A DNA stretch of 64,000 bases from Massalongia carnosa (lineage: Eukaryota), in the NCBI GenBank assembly GCA_965645245.1, contig OZ287073.1, positions 1,054,001-1,118,000 of the forward strand, written 5' to 3'. Shown here piece by piece: positions 24,438-38,099 of this stretch (its first letter is position 1; each line of letters opens with the position of its first letter). A program made the translations under genes and the position numbers. Under the pieces are notes generated by a model, which did not search any database, was not told the DNA's origin, and saw only the letters and a list, made by a program, of their open reading frames with translations.

Positions 24438-25104
24438 AGGCTCGAGCTTACCAGCGAAGCCTTGATAAGGTTCTAATTATCAGTAAAGATGATGGGTCTT
24501 CTAAGAGGTTTTATTTACACACGATCATGTATATAAAGGCGCGGAGGTATGTCAATTTTATGATTCACGATCTTCTTATGCACTTTTGGTCAAAATTTTA
24601 ATCTTGATCGACACTGCATGCAACGATGGTTTGGCTCATTTCATTCTGCGTTGAGTCGATGACGGCGATCCCGATTGACTTCGCATAGCCGAATCGTTAA
24701 CCCTAATCGAATCGTACAAGGTACCGCACTAAATTAGTTACTATTTAAAGCCACTACCGAGTAGGTACAGAGTACAGAGTAAAGAATTTATTCGGGGGTT
24801 TAACCCCTAGCTCGGAGCTAAATGAAAAGCTTGTTTCCCAGCTAAGGCGCAACTCGGTGTGACTTCATCAAAAGGCGTTAAAAGGGTACGTAACTTGCCA
24901 TTTATCCATCCATCTATTCTGTACGCATAAGTCTGAAAATCGTGTCGTCTATGATTGCTCTGTAGTGCCCATCTGCCATTCCTCAACACTCGCTTTTTCA
25001 AGCCAAATCAAATTTATGATCCAATTCATGAACCTTCGTCACTCGTTAACACTAGAGATCAACTTCGTCACCCTATCCCCATCAACCTTTGCGCATTATG
25101 AACT

Positions 25105-26095
25105 ATGGCAAGTCCCTTCGCCACTCAGCCTTATTACTAGATTGGCAGAGCTTACAATAGCTGAAGATTGCAACTCTTATTAATGTGAGGAAGTAGGGGT
25201 GTTGTCATTCAACCGCAAGAGATGATGATCAATCATCTCCATACGCCCCCTCGAATACCCACGGCGATTCTTCCTCTCGAGCGATAACCTCTGCACCTAA
25301 CCCTGCGCCAGAAACTTCTAGTCCTCGTGCTTCTTCACTTGCACTAGCAACACCACAACAGCCTCGGTCACGGCGAAATATTAGCATCGGCGAACAGTTT
25401 AACCTGCCCATCCGTGCACATATTTGGAGTTCGAAAAGGCAATGGACTCGTACCGAGCTTAATAGAGAGAGGCAAGAGTTCTTTGACACGAGGGTCACTG
25501 GTCGGTCGGAAATCTGGTCTACGCTGAAAGTTGTCGTTGGACTTCTGGCAGAAGGCGAAATTCAGAATGCTCAAGGTATTCTTGATGCTTCCGCCGTCAC
25601 AGTCCCGACAGGAGATCTTATAAACGGTGCCTACGATGAAGTGGGGAATTTTTACCAAATGCCTGAATACATTATCAGCGATCCGAATAATGTGCTTTCG
25701 GGCTCACAGGAGAACATGGTCAAAGGCGAGAGTACGAGCGATGTTACGGACGAGGATGAGCTAGAAAGAAAAAGAGACGAAAAGGGAAAAGGTGTTTTGA
25801 AGAGTGGAGATCTGATAAGGGTGAAGGCTAGGTTGAGTGATAGAGGCGGCCCTGACATTGTCATCTCCCTGAGCAAGGAGCAAACCGTCAGGGTTCTCGT
25901 ACGAAGAATACAAGAGGAAATTAATGTGAGCATAGATTATGAGTTTAGCCATCATATATTGACGCCTTCGCACAGATCACAGGAAAGGGAAAAATAAAGA
26001 TAGCCTATCTAGGTAAAATTCTTAAAGACGGGGAACCACTCTACACGCAGGGCTGGCGGGAGGGCCATGTGGTTAATGCACTGGTATTTCAGTGA
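25105..26095 (+). CDS. Ubiquitin-domain protein (UBTD1/2, DC-UbP family) with an MGCC N-terminus
   Basis: ELNRERQEFFDTRVTGRSEIW, ILDASAVTVPTGDLINGAYDEVGNFYQMPEYIISDP, and C-terminal UBL IAYLGKILKD...QGWREGHVVNALVFQ*. The start is inferred through a GC-AG intron. Confidence 0.85.
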
Positions 26096-26796
26096 AAAAT
26101 GGCGCCATGTACAGTACGGGCATTTATTTGTATGTTTTGATTTGGGCGTTGCTGGTACTCTCTTGAGGGATGGAGTCGGGTTGTTGTACATACAGAGTAG
26201 AGAGGGTTTGCGTGAATCTCAGATAAATGCAGAATTCCTTTTGGACCCCAGAATGTGAAAATCGAAGAAAATGTTGACTATCATCCTAATCTCAGAGTTT
26301 ACAAAGGGGTACAGAGTATAGATAACTTTCTACAGAGTAAACCATTGGGTTTAAAGATCCCTCTGCAAACCAGGGCAAGTAAGTGGCTGATGCTTACGAA
26401 GCCTCAGCACTGAACTCCTGTCTCAGCCATACCTCGGCACATGCTGATGCCTTAGCGGGATAGCAGCTGTAACGTACGTAGCACCTGTTCTTTAGTCTGT
26501 ACATAACAGCCTCCGCAACCCTTACGACTACGGAACCATCTGAACAACTGGGAGAACAACGAGACGAAAGTTTGGCTACTATATCATCACAGGACTAGAT
26601 ATTGTGCCAAACTTGTTTGAGAATCTGCGACAAGAAAAAGAGTGGCATCTTACGGTGCAAAGGATCGATTTCTCCCACGCATTCCCAATGCGCTTAAGTC
26701 AAGAAAGCTGATGAGTTTGGTAGAGGACGTTCACCCCTGGCTTAAAGATGATGGAAGAGCTTTCTTTAAGCTCTTAACATTGACATCAAACTTACA

Positions 26797-29700
26797 ATGG
26801 CGTCGGATCCTTCTTCATCCCGTAATCATGGAAGGCGGCAGTCGATACCTTTGCAAAACCTGTCCCGCCCACCAGACTCGCCAGCCAGCGATTCCGGGGG
26901 CAATAGGCTCACAGGAAGTTTAAGTGGAAGAGCTAGGGCGCTGTTAGGCAATAGGCATTCTTTTAGCGGAAGATTGAACACAGCGTATGAGCGCGTGGAT
27001 GAGGGCTCTCCTCCAGCTCATGAGAGGAACTTACTAGACCTACCGCACGTAACGACGCCTAGAAGTGCTCATCAGCCAGCATATAATTATGAAGATGGCG
27101 AGGTATCGCCGGTCAACGCAGGGGATTTTCAAGCTGCTATGGGTTCCGTGGGTTTAAGCTTTGGTTTAGCCGGGCCTTCGAAGTCTCCAAAGCTTGGGAG
27201 CGGATCATCCCAAAGAGCTAGTACGTTAGGAGTCATTACGGAAACGGAGGATAGTTATCTATTTTCCCATTCAGCAGATCACTTGCCCATCGATGATCCT
27301 GGTGAAAGCTATTTCTCCATGACCGACGACAGCACACCTTTAACCGATTCCCGATACCTACAACCTATCAGTGGAGCACAAACATCCAACCTATCCGGTC
27401 AACGTCACGACAGACAAAATAGCCAATTTTCATTCCAGGAGAGATCATCGCCAGGATCAAGACTTGGCGATGATTTGCCAAACGCTGAAGGGGGGTTGCG
27501 CCGAAGCCCCAGCAGCGCTCTTCACAGACTATCATCACATAGCGGAAGGTCAATCACCAGAACACTCTCAACCTCGGCAGCAGCATCACCTCTCTCAAGA
27601 GCGGGATCGATGATGAGGAAGATGTCTCAACGAGTGGTCAACCTCAGCAATGAACCTGAGCTGGTAGAGCAAAGTATACGTCGGCAGCCTTCTACCAAGC
27701 ATTCTAGATTGGAGGAACCGCCGTCTTTTCCAGCCATGGCTGAATACGCACACGACGAACCACAACAGACATCTCCGCATATAGAGAAAACTCACCCTCA
27801 TATCGCTACCAATGAGGCCCAAGAACTAGGGTTCAAACCACGAAATCCTCTAAAGGGCAAGAGTTTATGGATCTTCCCGCCAGATAATTGGATTCGGCTG
27901 AAGGTTTGTGAGATGTTGGTACACCCGGTTACAGAACCTGTGATCTTAGTGCTCATTATCGTGCAAACAATCCTGCTCACCGTTGATTCGGTGCCTAAGC
28001 GAGCGTTCCAAATGAGACCGGAGACATGGGGAAGCTCATGGATCAATCTAGCCATGTTGGTTCTGTTCTCAATCTATACTATAGAGATTGCTGCAAGAAT
28101 TATTGTGTCAGGCTTCATAAAAAATGCCGAGGAATATAGTACCGTGGACTGGAGCCTTGGGGTCAAAGCCGCCATTATCGATAAATCACGAAACCTACTC
28201 ACCCCACAGAGACATCAGACAACTCTTAACTCGGTCAACAAAGTTAGCCTAGCAGGTTCTCAACCTTCAATCTTACGGTCCTTCACAAGCATGCAAGCTC
28301 AGGCAGACCAAAGCGGTAATTCGCGTCAGCAGCAGCGAAATCGTCTTGCTAGACGAGCCTTTCTTCGCCACTCATTCAATCGCCTAGACTTCCTTGCAGT
28401 CGTCTCGTACTGGGTGTCATTTGCCCTGACCATCATGCAGGTCGAGGCACATAGTCATATCTACGTCTTTCGAATGTTAAGCTGTCTACGTATATTAAGA
28501 CTCCTTGGGCTCACAAGTGGGACGTCGGTAAGAAACACTCTACACTTTTCTATTGTATGCTCTACGTGGGACTTGCGATTAACCCGACTTTAGGTTATCC
28601 TAAGAAGTTTAAAAAAGGCAGCACCTTTACTAGTCAATGTAGCTTTCTTGATCGGGTTCTTCTGGCTACTGTTTGCTATAATCGGGGTTCAGATCTTTAA
28701 GTCATCTTTCCGACGAACGTGCATTTGGTATGAAGATACAAATATTACCCGCGAGGAGCTTCGTAACAATAACGCTATCAACATGTACGCCCGAAATGTA
28801 GCACCAAAGAATATTCAATTTTGTGGAGGGTATCTCAACGCTACCACTGGAAAACCATGGCCGTGGCTTAAAGCAGACCTTGTAACTAACGGCACCAAGG
28901 ATCATAAAGGCTATCTTTGTCCATCAAACTCCCTATGTGTGGAAGGACGCAGTCCTTACAATGGGACAGTGAGCTTTGATAATGTGCTGCAATCTCTCCA
29001 GTTGGTTTTTGTTATTATGAGCTCAAATACGTTCTCGGACCTGATGTATTATACCACGGATAGTGATAATCTTGCTGCAGCTTTTTGTAAGTGAACGAGT
29101 ACCTGCTTTCATAAAAGCTTTGCTGATTCTAATAGTCTTCGCGCTCGCATTTGTGATTATGAGTTTATGGCTAATGAATTTAGTAAGTTTATCTATACTT
29201 TGTGGCGGACGCCAGGCGCTAAATCAGAGAAGCTTGTTGCTGTGATCACCTCGTCGTTTCAGGTTATCCGCGAAGAAAGCAAAACAAGCGCATTTACCAC
29301 AGACGAGCTGTGTGTATAATTGCTTTCTTGCTTGTTGCAACATCATTGACTGTCATATAGGAGCCTCCTTCTGGATGATGAGGACCAGCCGTCTGAGAAG
29401 ATCAGTCCTTTAAAAAGAGCATATGACAAGACTTACTGGCTTTGGATCGTGATCATCGTCGTGGATCTTATTTGGCAAAGCCTCCGGAGTGCGAATATGC
29501 ACCCAGATCGCGAACTCTTCATTAGTAAGTCCGAGATTTTCTTGCTACATGAAATTGTCTAACCATGCGGCTCGCCAGACCTTGCAGAGACGGTTGTGAC
29601 GATAATCCTGGTTATGGAGATCGTCTTACGATTTGTTACCGATTGGCGAAATTTCCACAGAAGTAGACGCAATTGGGTTGATCTTAGCCTAGCGATCATT

Positions 29701-32700
29701 ACCGCAGTGATACAGCTTCCAGCGATTCACCGAAATAAGCAACTCTATGCCTGGATGACTTTTTTCCAAATTCTTCGAATCTACCGTGTTGTTTTGGCTG
29801 TACCTTTGACCCGAAACCTAATTGTAAGCTTGATCTTCGCCTAAGGCGTATAGAGAAAGGGATACTGACACTGCTTGCAGATGGTTGTCTTAGGAAACGT
29901 GACTGGTCTACTGAATTTGATAGTATTCGTGTTTCTGCTTACCTTCCTCGTAGCAATCTTCGCCGTCCAAATATATCGGGGAGAGTTTCCCGCTGCAGAC
30001 TCGACTGGCGCGACTATCAGTATTACATTTGCAGACATATATAACTCGTTTATCGGCATGTACCAAGTGCTTTCAAGCGAGAACTGGACAATTCTGATGT
30101 ATAATGCAACACAATATGAACTTAGGTACAAGAGCGCTTGGATAGGCGCGACGTTCTTCATTCTCTGGTTTATCCTGGCTAATTTCATCGTTCTGAACAT
30201 GTTCATAGCGGTCATTCAGGAAAATTTCGATGTAACGGAAGATGAGAAACGTTTGCAGCAAGTAAAGGCTTTCCTTCAACAGAAAGAGCTTGGCGGCTCG
30301 CCGCACGGCAATCTCTCACTATCCGCTATATTCAAGTTGGGAAGGGATTCAGGGCGCCATAAAGATCCACTTGACTACGGACCTGCAACAATGGAGATGT
30401 TACTAAAGGATGCGGTTGTCCGAGACTTCTTAGATGAACGGATGGAGCCATCCGATGATTTGCCAGAAGAAGCTGGTGTGGTCAACGGTAACACAACTGA
30501 CCAACTCCGGCCAGGCGCACTCTCATGGTTATGGAGCAAACTCAAAAAACTCGTACAAGATCGGGAGCCAAACCCATTCTACTCTCGCCTGCAATTTTCT
30601 CGAGCCTATGAAGAGTTAGATCCACGAACAATGGCAAGAGAAGTGGTCTCCGCTACTGAACACAGAAAACGCGCACAACGTGAATATCTTCAAAAGCATC
30701 CCACTTACAACGTCTCGGTCTTTCTCTTTCAGCCCGACAACCCAATTCGCAAACTTTGCCAGCGTATCGTTGGACCCGGCCGAGGTAGTCAACGTATTGA
30801 AGGCCTTGATCCCGTAAAGCCTGTTTGGTATGCTTTCTCCGCATTCATCTATGCAGCCATTGTAGCTATGGTGATACTCGCATGTATTTCTACGCCCCTT
30901 TACCAACGCCAGTATTTCGAACACCATGGCGGAACAACCGCCCGAAATTGGTTTGTTTGGACGGACATGGGATTTGCAGCGATATTCACAATCGAAGCCA
31001 TAATAAAAGTTATCGCTGATGGTTTATTTTGGACTCCAAATGCGTATTTCCGGGGATCTTGGGGCTTCATTGATGGGCTTGTGCTGATCACCCTCTGGAT
31101 TAATGTCTTGACGTCCTTGTATAAGGATGGGGCAGTCTCAAGAGCTGTTGGGGCATTCAAGGCTCTCAGAGCGCTAAGACTTCTCAACGTCAGCGATAGT
31201 GCGAGAGAAACGTTTCATTCTGTTATTATATTGGGTGGATGGAAAGTAGTATCTGTAGGTTTCTCTCTGCCCTTGTTTTTTCTGAAATTAAGGCTCAAAC
31301 ATTTTAGTCCTCGTTCGTGTCTCTCAGCTTGCTGGTTCCATTTGCCATATACGGTCTTAATCTTTTCAACGGTCAAATGCTGTCATGCAATGACACCAGC
31401 TCGAATATAACAACACTTGATGAGTGTGTTGGAGAATATAATAGCACACCCTTTGGCTGGCCAGTTCTTGCTCCAAGAGAGGTTGCGAATCCATACTATA
31501 ACTTTGATGATTTCGGTAATTCCCTCTTCATTCTTTTCCAGATCGTATCGCAAGAGGGATGGATAGATGTGATGTGGAGTGCAATGAGAGCCAATGGTCG
31601 CGGGTTTCAGCCTCAGGATTACAAGTCTCAAGGAAACGCAATCTTCTTCATAACATTCAATCTCCTTGGAGCCGTATTCGTCTTGACCTTGTTTGTGTCG
31701 GTTTTTATGCGGAATTATACCGAGCAGACTGGCGTGGCATTCTTAACCGCAGAGCAACGTTCATGGCTTGAGTTGCGTAAACTCCTCCGACAAATTTCAC
31801 CCTCGAAACGCCCATCAAATAAGTCAGAGCAGCCCTGGAGGCTTTGGTGTTACAGAACAGCTGTCAAAAAGCATGGGAAATGGCAGCGGTTTCTCACCAC
31901 CATTCTTTTTCTTCATCTGGTTATATTAGTTATTGAGTTCTACCCTGAACCTGTTACTTGGCAAAGAATTAAAGGTAAGCTGTCGATATAAGGGGTCCAG
32001 TCTCAATTATGACGCTGACATCAATATAGATTATCTTTTTCTTGCTTTTACGGTATTTTACATTGCTAACATCGTAGTCCGCATATTGGGACTGTCATGG
32101 AAGAGATTCCGAAGGAGTTCGTGGGACCTTTATTCCATCGTTTCTGTTGCTGGTACGGTTGTCACCACACTACTTCATCTCTCAACTCCTGAAAGCCGCC
32201 TTTATCGCCAACTCCACAAACTATTCTTGGTTTCCATCGCCTTGCTTCTGATTCCGCGCAACAATCAATTAGATCAGCTCTTCAAAACTGCCGCAGCCAG
32301 CCTGACAGCAATTGGGAACCTATTAGCTACCTGGTTTGTGCTATTCCTTGTCTACGCCATTGCGCTCACTCAGACTTTTGGTCTGACCCGATTTGGGAGT
32401 AACCAGTCGGGAAATCTCAACTTTCGTAATGTGCTCAATGCGTTAATACTACTCTTCCGCATGAGCTGCGGTGAGTCATGGAATGCGATAATGGAAGACT
32501 TTGCAACAATCACACCCCCCAACTGTGTCGTGGGAAAAGACTTTTCTAGCAGTGACTGTGGAGGCGCTACATGGGCGCGTCTGCTTTTCATTTCATGGAA
32601 TATTCTCAGCATGTATATCTTTGTTAGCTTGTTCGTGTCCTTGATTTTCGAGAGTTTTTCCTACGTGTACCAGAGGAGCAGTGGATTATCAGTGGTGAGT

Positions 32701-33762
32701 AGGGAAGAGATTCGAAGGTTCAAGCAGGCATGGGCCACTTTCGACCCTGAAGGCACCGGATTCATCTCCAAGGAGGCCTTTCCCCGGTTACTCGGAGTGA
32801 GTGCTATATAAAGGTCACAGGAACGGTACTTTGGCTAACCGCAGCAGGAACTATCTGGTGTTTTTGAGATGCGAATATACGATGGCGAACATTCGGTTAA
32901 TCGTATTTTGGAAGACTGCTCGGTAGATACCCGAGGCATGGATCCGCCCGCCGGAGTGGTTCATGGAATCGACTTGGCGAGACTCAACGAACGCCTTAAT
33001 ACAATCAACGTGGCAGAAATCCGCCGGCGGCGAGAGAAGATGGAAATTTTCTTCCAAGAGATTATGGTCTCTGCATCTCTTGACCGTGGCGTTAATTTCA
33101 CCTCGTGCCTCATGATCCTCGCGCATTACAACGTCATCTCGGACAACAAAAGTCTCAGGCTAGAAGAATACCTTCGGCGACGCGCGCGGCTACAACGTGT
33201 TGAGGAGGAAGTCCGTCGCCGAATTGTCCGCGGCTTCTTCGACACCATGTTTTGGGCCCGCCAATTCCGATCTCGTCACGAATTTCGCCAGTCGGCGAGA
33301 ATGATGACCATCCCCCAGTTTGCCGTGCCGGAGATCTTCATCGACGACCAGGACGTCACCGACACACCTTACACAAGCAACTTTCCTCCCTCTCCCGGCG
33401 GCATATCGCCCACTAACATCACACGCGGCTGGTCCTACCACGAGCCAGGGGGTGGCCGGCGACATGGCGGCGATTCGCGGACCGGTTCGCCTCCCAGGTC
33501 GGATCTCAGCGATGCCGCTAGCCCGGCCATTTCGACGCATCGGCCCTCGCCTTCGGACGCCAGTTCCAACTTTCAGTGGGGCTACGATGGTCAGGAGGAG
33601 AGAGGCCAAGGGGGTCGGAGCCGGGCAGGGAGCTCTGTCGATCGGCAGAACGTAATGGAGGTCTTTGATAATAGCGCTTGGGGAGAGAGTATCCGCCGGA
33701 GCTTTACGCTAAGGAGAAGTGGGACGAGGGGAAGGGGGGGCAGTGGGCATGAGGGTCGATGA
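26797..33762 (+). CDS. CCH1: Voltage-gated-type calcium channel subunit Cch1 (multi-exon)
   Basis: Four 6-TM repeats. S4 motifs FRMLSCLRILRLL, FQILRIYRVV and FKALRALRLL. Pore loops SSNTFSD, SSENWT, SQEGWID and CGESWN. EF-hand-like FKQAWATFDPEGTGFISK. Confidence 0.97.
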
Positions 33763-35632
33763 AGAGATACGAGAAGATGTCGGCATCGATGAACGGGTTG
33801 ACGATTCTTATGAGCAAGTGGCGAGGTGTGAGACCTAGGGCCATGAGGTCTGAAAAGGACTCCTGGAGGGCACCACTTCTCTGTACGAGTATTGGGAACC
33901 TACTTGTCTAGGCAAGAATGTGAGAACGGCCAAGGGGCATGCATGAGTTTCTGGATTTGCGTTTCGCACTGCTTAAAATTAGAGGATGGACAGGCGTTTC
34001 ACCAAATTGGGGAAGGTAAGGAAACTCGGGCATTTGCATGGCGGGGAAAACAGCGGGAAATACCACTGCTTTACACGCTTTTTCTATGCTTTGGGGGGGG
34101 TTGGTTCGGGAGTTAAAATAAAGGATGGTCCGGTCGTCGCTGGGGGAACTTGTACTGATATTCGCGTTCTTACGTCTCTTTTATTGTAAATTTTCTAGAC
34201 TTCGATAACAGTTGGGTGATTCATTGGTTATGTACGTCCATCAAGATATAAGGACTGCAGGTGCTGGGATGTAATACATACACGGTGCGAGCCATCCCGT
34301 CCATCGAGCTCCTCTACCATTACTTTCCCCTCCTGTCGTCCCGGATGCTCTTGTTGCAGCCTCCCTCTGCTGGGAGCCTCCAACCGATGTTTGTTTGCAC
34401 CGAGCACCCCTTTTCAAATCATCGTATATCTAAATGACTTATACATAAGTCATTATGTTTTTGGCGCAGTCACTAGTTTCGCTGTTTGGTAAGTCGATGA
34501 TTGAGATGTAAAAGGGTGGGTGGGTTGTGAATATTATTAGTGTTGTTCGAAGTATCGTGTAATAGGATGTCATGCTCATCTTTCTTCTCGCTGTTTTCTG
34601 ACAATTTAAGATTCTCTATGGAGTTATTAAGGTGGCACGAGTGTTTTCAGATCACGTGCCATCCCGACATTCTCACTTTCCCATTCCTACTCCTATCCAT
34701 CCGTCCGTCCCCTCAACATCTCACAAATTCAGCCACGTCTTCCGACTATCGTGTCTTGTAGGTGACATACATACGCAGTCCACAACGGCCGGCCCATCCA
34801 CCCCGACCCGCAGCCCCAAATCTCCAAATGAAAAAACTTGAAACAATCTCCAACCCGTACCTCTTGGAGCTTCAAGCCGTCTTTCTCCATTTACAACCCC
34901 TTTTCTGATTGGCTACGTGATCAGTCTCGTGTTTCGGATTTTGAACGGCCGTTTTTCATGCGCTGATTTTTTTTTTCGCTTTTGTTTTAGACCTAGGGGC
35001 GGGATTAGCAAGGGGCGGGTGGGATGGTTAGGCTTAGCTTGGCTTGCGGGTGAGAGGATTTTATGTTGATGGGTGTTGAAGATAGAGATGGAGTCGATGA
35101 TGGCGGCGAAATGCGACGGTGACGACGAAGATGACTTACTACGTACCTAAATACCTCAAAGAAGAAACGCTGGCAAGTAATAACCTACAGATTCTTCAAC
35201 TCTTGCGAAACCCAACTACAAGCTCATCTTTCTTCCGTCCGTCCTCATCTGCTCCGTGCACCTTCTTGCATCATGCGACACTCGACACACACGGCCTGGG
35301 CCAGGCGAGTTTTGGTTTTAGACTGCTTCTTGTTTCCTATGTGCTAGTCGCCTATCGGGCTTGTCCGGTAGGGAAACTTGGATTGATGATGCGGGCTTTT
35401 TGGTTCCGTCTACTTTGAAATTTCTCTCGCATTTTCTGCCTTTGAACCCTGGCTTCCACCGTTCGGTTTCCTCGCTGCTACGTTGCTCAAGTGTTTTACC
35501 TGGTCCACTTTTTTTCGTTTCGAGATTTTCAGGATCGTAAGGACTTGAAGTGGGAAAAAAAACTCATTCATCTTTGAAGGAATTGACCAAAAGAGGTGCG
35601 GAAGAGTGGCCGCATAAATCTGATACTCGACG

Positions 35633-36439
35633 TTGAGCAAGCGATCGATTGGAGCTCTAGGAAACACCCCATTCGATCAGGCAAACAGCCCTCCTTTTTA
35701 CAAGTCAATAAATCTCCCTGCCCACCTCTCTCCAACCCTTACACCCCTCCTCCACTCTCACAACCCACCGACCACCACATCTGGCCCACCCAGCCAACAA
35801 AAAATGATCACCCAAATCCTCGCAGACCCCATGGCGAACACCCCCCGCTTCCGGCCCAATTCCTACTCGCAATCCTTCGTACGGCCCTGCACCCATCCAT
35901 TCCGATCCACCGCTTCGCACTCGCGCGGTGCCTCCTCCTCGTCCTCTGCGTCGTCGACGTCGTCACGCACGGACCTGCATTCCTCGAGCTCGAGCCTCAA
36001 CACCGGCTTCGGAGACCAAGAATCCTCAAGACCAACAACACACGCCCCTACACCGTCCCTCTCCTCGCCCATCTCCCCCTTACCCCCTCCCCTCTCCTCC
36101 TTCTCCACATTCTCCTCCTTCAACCACCACCGTCACCACCACCACCACAATAACAGCCAGGCCTCCACCCATTGCCGTTCCCCCTCCGCCGCCTCCACCT
36201 CATCGACCACCTCTACGTCCAGCACAAGCACCCTCTCGAGCAAGAAAAACCCCCTGACCAAGCACTTCCTCTTCCACCTGCGCCCCACCTACCCCTACCC
36301 GACGCCCTCCTCGTTCCGCTTCCTGCAGGAGGACGAGGAGTGGGAGGAATGGGGCCGCGGGGTGCGGGGCGTGCTGGAGCCGAGGATATGGGGCGTGGCC
36401 GGGTGGGGTAGGGGCGTGGAGGAGGTGTTGGGGCTGTAG
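35633..36439 (+). CDS. Hypothetical Ser/His-rich protein with C-terminal VLEPR...VEEVL motif (true start possibly ATG 35804)
   Basis: 268-codon open frame. The C-terminus resembles short motifs of small fungal hypothetical proteins, and the body is low-complexity. Confidence 0.45.
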   Translation: MSKRSIGALGNTPFDQANSPPFYKSINLPAHLSPTLTPLLHSHNPPTTTSGPPSQQKMITQILADPMANTPRFRPNSYSQSFVRPCTHPFRSTASHSRGASSSSSASSTSSRTDLHSSSSSLNTGFGDQESSRPTTHAPTPSLSSPISPLPPPLSSFSTFSSFNHHRHHHHHNNSQASTHCRSPSAASTSSTTSTSSTSTLSSKKNPLTKHFLFHLRPTYPYPTPSSFRFLQEDEEWEEWGRGVRGVLEPRIWGVAGWGRGVEEVLGL

Positions 36440-37027
36440 GCGACGATCACAGGATTTGGGCGGATCGGGAGCGGATCCTGCCGAGGAAAGAGGGGTTCAC
36501 CTTATTCCCGAATAGTCGGTCGACCGACCGGACGAGAAAGATTTGGACGACGTACATGGTTCCTACTCGCACATACTCTAGAGAGACTTGCCAATCCCTC
36601 TGTACCTTTTTTTCTTCTTTTTTATTTCCAGAATCCCGAATCCTGACATTGGCGTTCGGCCCGGTTCGGTTTTGAAAAAGGGTGGTGGGTTCAGACAAGT
36701 GCGGTGTAATCTATTCTAATCCTCTGTGGGGGGGGGGGGTTATATGTATGGATGGGTATCGGTATAGCTATAGATATATACATATATAAAGTATACATAA
36801 GAAAGTAATGAAAAGTCCATCCGGAAAGGGGCAAATCTTTTCATAACCTTTCCCATCTATTGCTCTCCCTTTCCCCAGTTCCCTGAACCCAATCTCCCTT
36901 ACCCTCCCCTCCCTTTCCCGCGCATAACCCCCCCTTCCCCCCCCTAAACACACAGTCAATCTTTAGCTAGAGGGAGTATCATTATCCACTCCTAATCGAA
37001 AACCCAAACTCCACCTACCTACCAACT

Positions 37028-37412
37028 ACTAAAGAAAGAAAGAAAGAAAGAACAGGGCATCCCCCCCCCCAAATACCCCATGTCCACAAATAGGGACGCA
37101 AAGACCAAAAACCTACCTCCCTCCCTAAGCCAAGCCAAGCCAAGCCAAACCAAGCTACCACCAACCGGGACCAAAAGATCACCACCCAGAGTCTCTCGCG
37201 GGACCAGAAAGGGAAAATCCATTTATCAAAAAACATAGTATACATACATACATACATACATCCCCTCTCCTCCTTTCATCTCCAGAAAAGGATTATTTTG
37301 GTTACTGAAAGGGGGTGGGGGCTTCTCCTCTTCTTTCCTAGCAACGGATCTGGGGACTTTTTTTTCGCCTTCTCGATGTGATGTCGGCGGGGCGGGGCGG
37401 GGCGGGGCGGGG
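37028..37412. repeat. Microsatellite cluster: (AAAG)n, (CCAAG)n, (CATA)n, (GGGGC)n
   Basis: Directly visible in the intergenic region. Confidence 0.85.
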
Positions 37413-38099
37413 TATGCCAGGGATGATGCGAGAGGGGAGGGGGGTTAGGCGGGTTTTGTGGAGTGGTTGCGGGGAGGTTGGGAGGGATGGCTAGCTGGGT
37501 ACAAGTATGTATGATATGAGGAGAGGGGGATGGAAGGTTCCTACAGTAGTGGCTGTAGGGTACATAATAGTATGATGTGATGGTTGGGTCTGAGATTTTC
37601 TCCGTGGCAAAGATTTATTTCCTGCTACTTACTTACTTGCCTAGGTACTCGTCACGAGGAAAATTTTGAGAGTTCGAGAGAATGAAGTCATGGTTTTCTA
37701 TATCGATTTCTCTTTCAGGAGGTTTTGGGGGGGGTTTATTCTTGAAAGAAGGACAAGAGCTTTGTGTGTAAATTTGTGGTTAATTGACGTTCTGCTGGCT
37801 AAAATGGCTAAACTGGATAAAGTAGTGGAGATGTTCTAGCTGTTCAGATTGGGTGAAGGGTAATAGTGCTGTGCTGGGGAAAACGGGAGGGTTGACGGTA
37901 TCCGTATGGAATCTCCAGCTTGAATCATAGCACAAAAAGAAGGGGAAAAAAGTAAAGTAAAGGAGATGTGAGCCGGAGAAAGATCAACAGCTTAAAACAC
38001 GACACTTAACTGTCACCAGAAGATCTCCACCGCTCTCAACTGCCATTCCCGCTAGAAACGCTAGAGACACAAAAGCGCTCTACAGAATACCCTGCGAAG

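Noticed and set aside
24698..24706. TAACCCTAA as a telomerase RNA template
   Set aside because: The intergenic space is only ~670 bp, too short for a Pezizomycotina telomerase RNA. It is more likely a telobox promoter motif.
32461..32487. CCH1 repeat IV pore GESWN as altered ion selectivity
   Set aside because: The filter residues N/E/E/E are as expected for Cch1, and the residue after Glu varies among channels.
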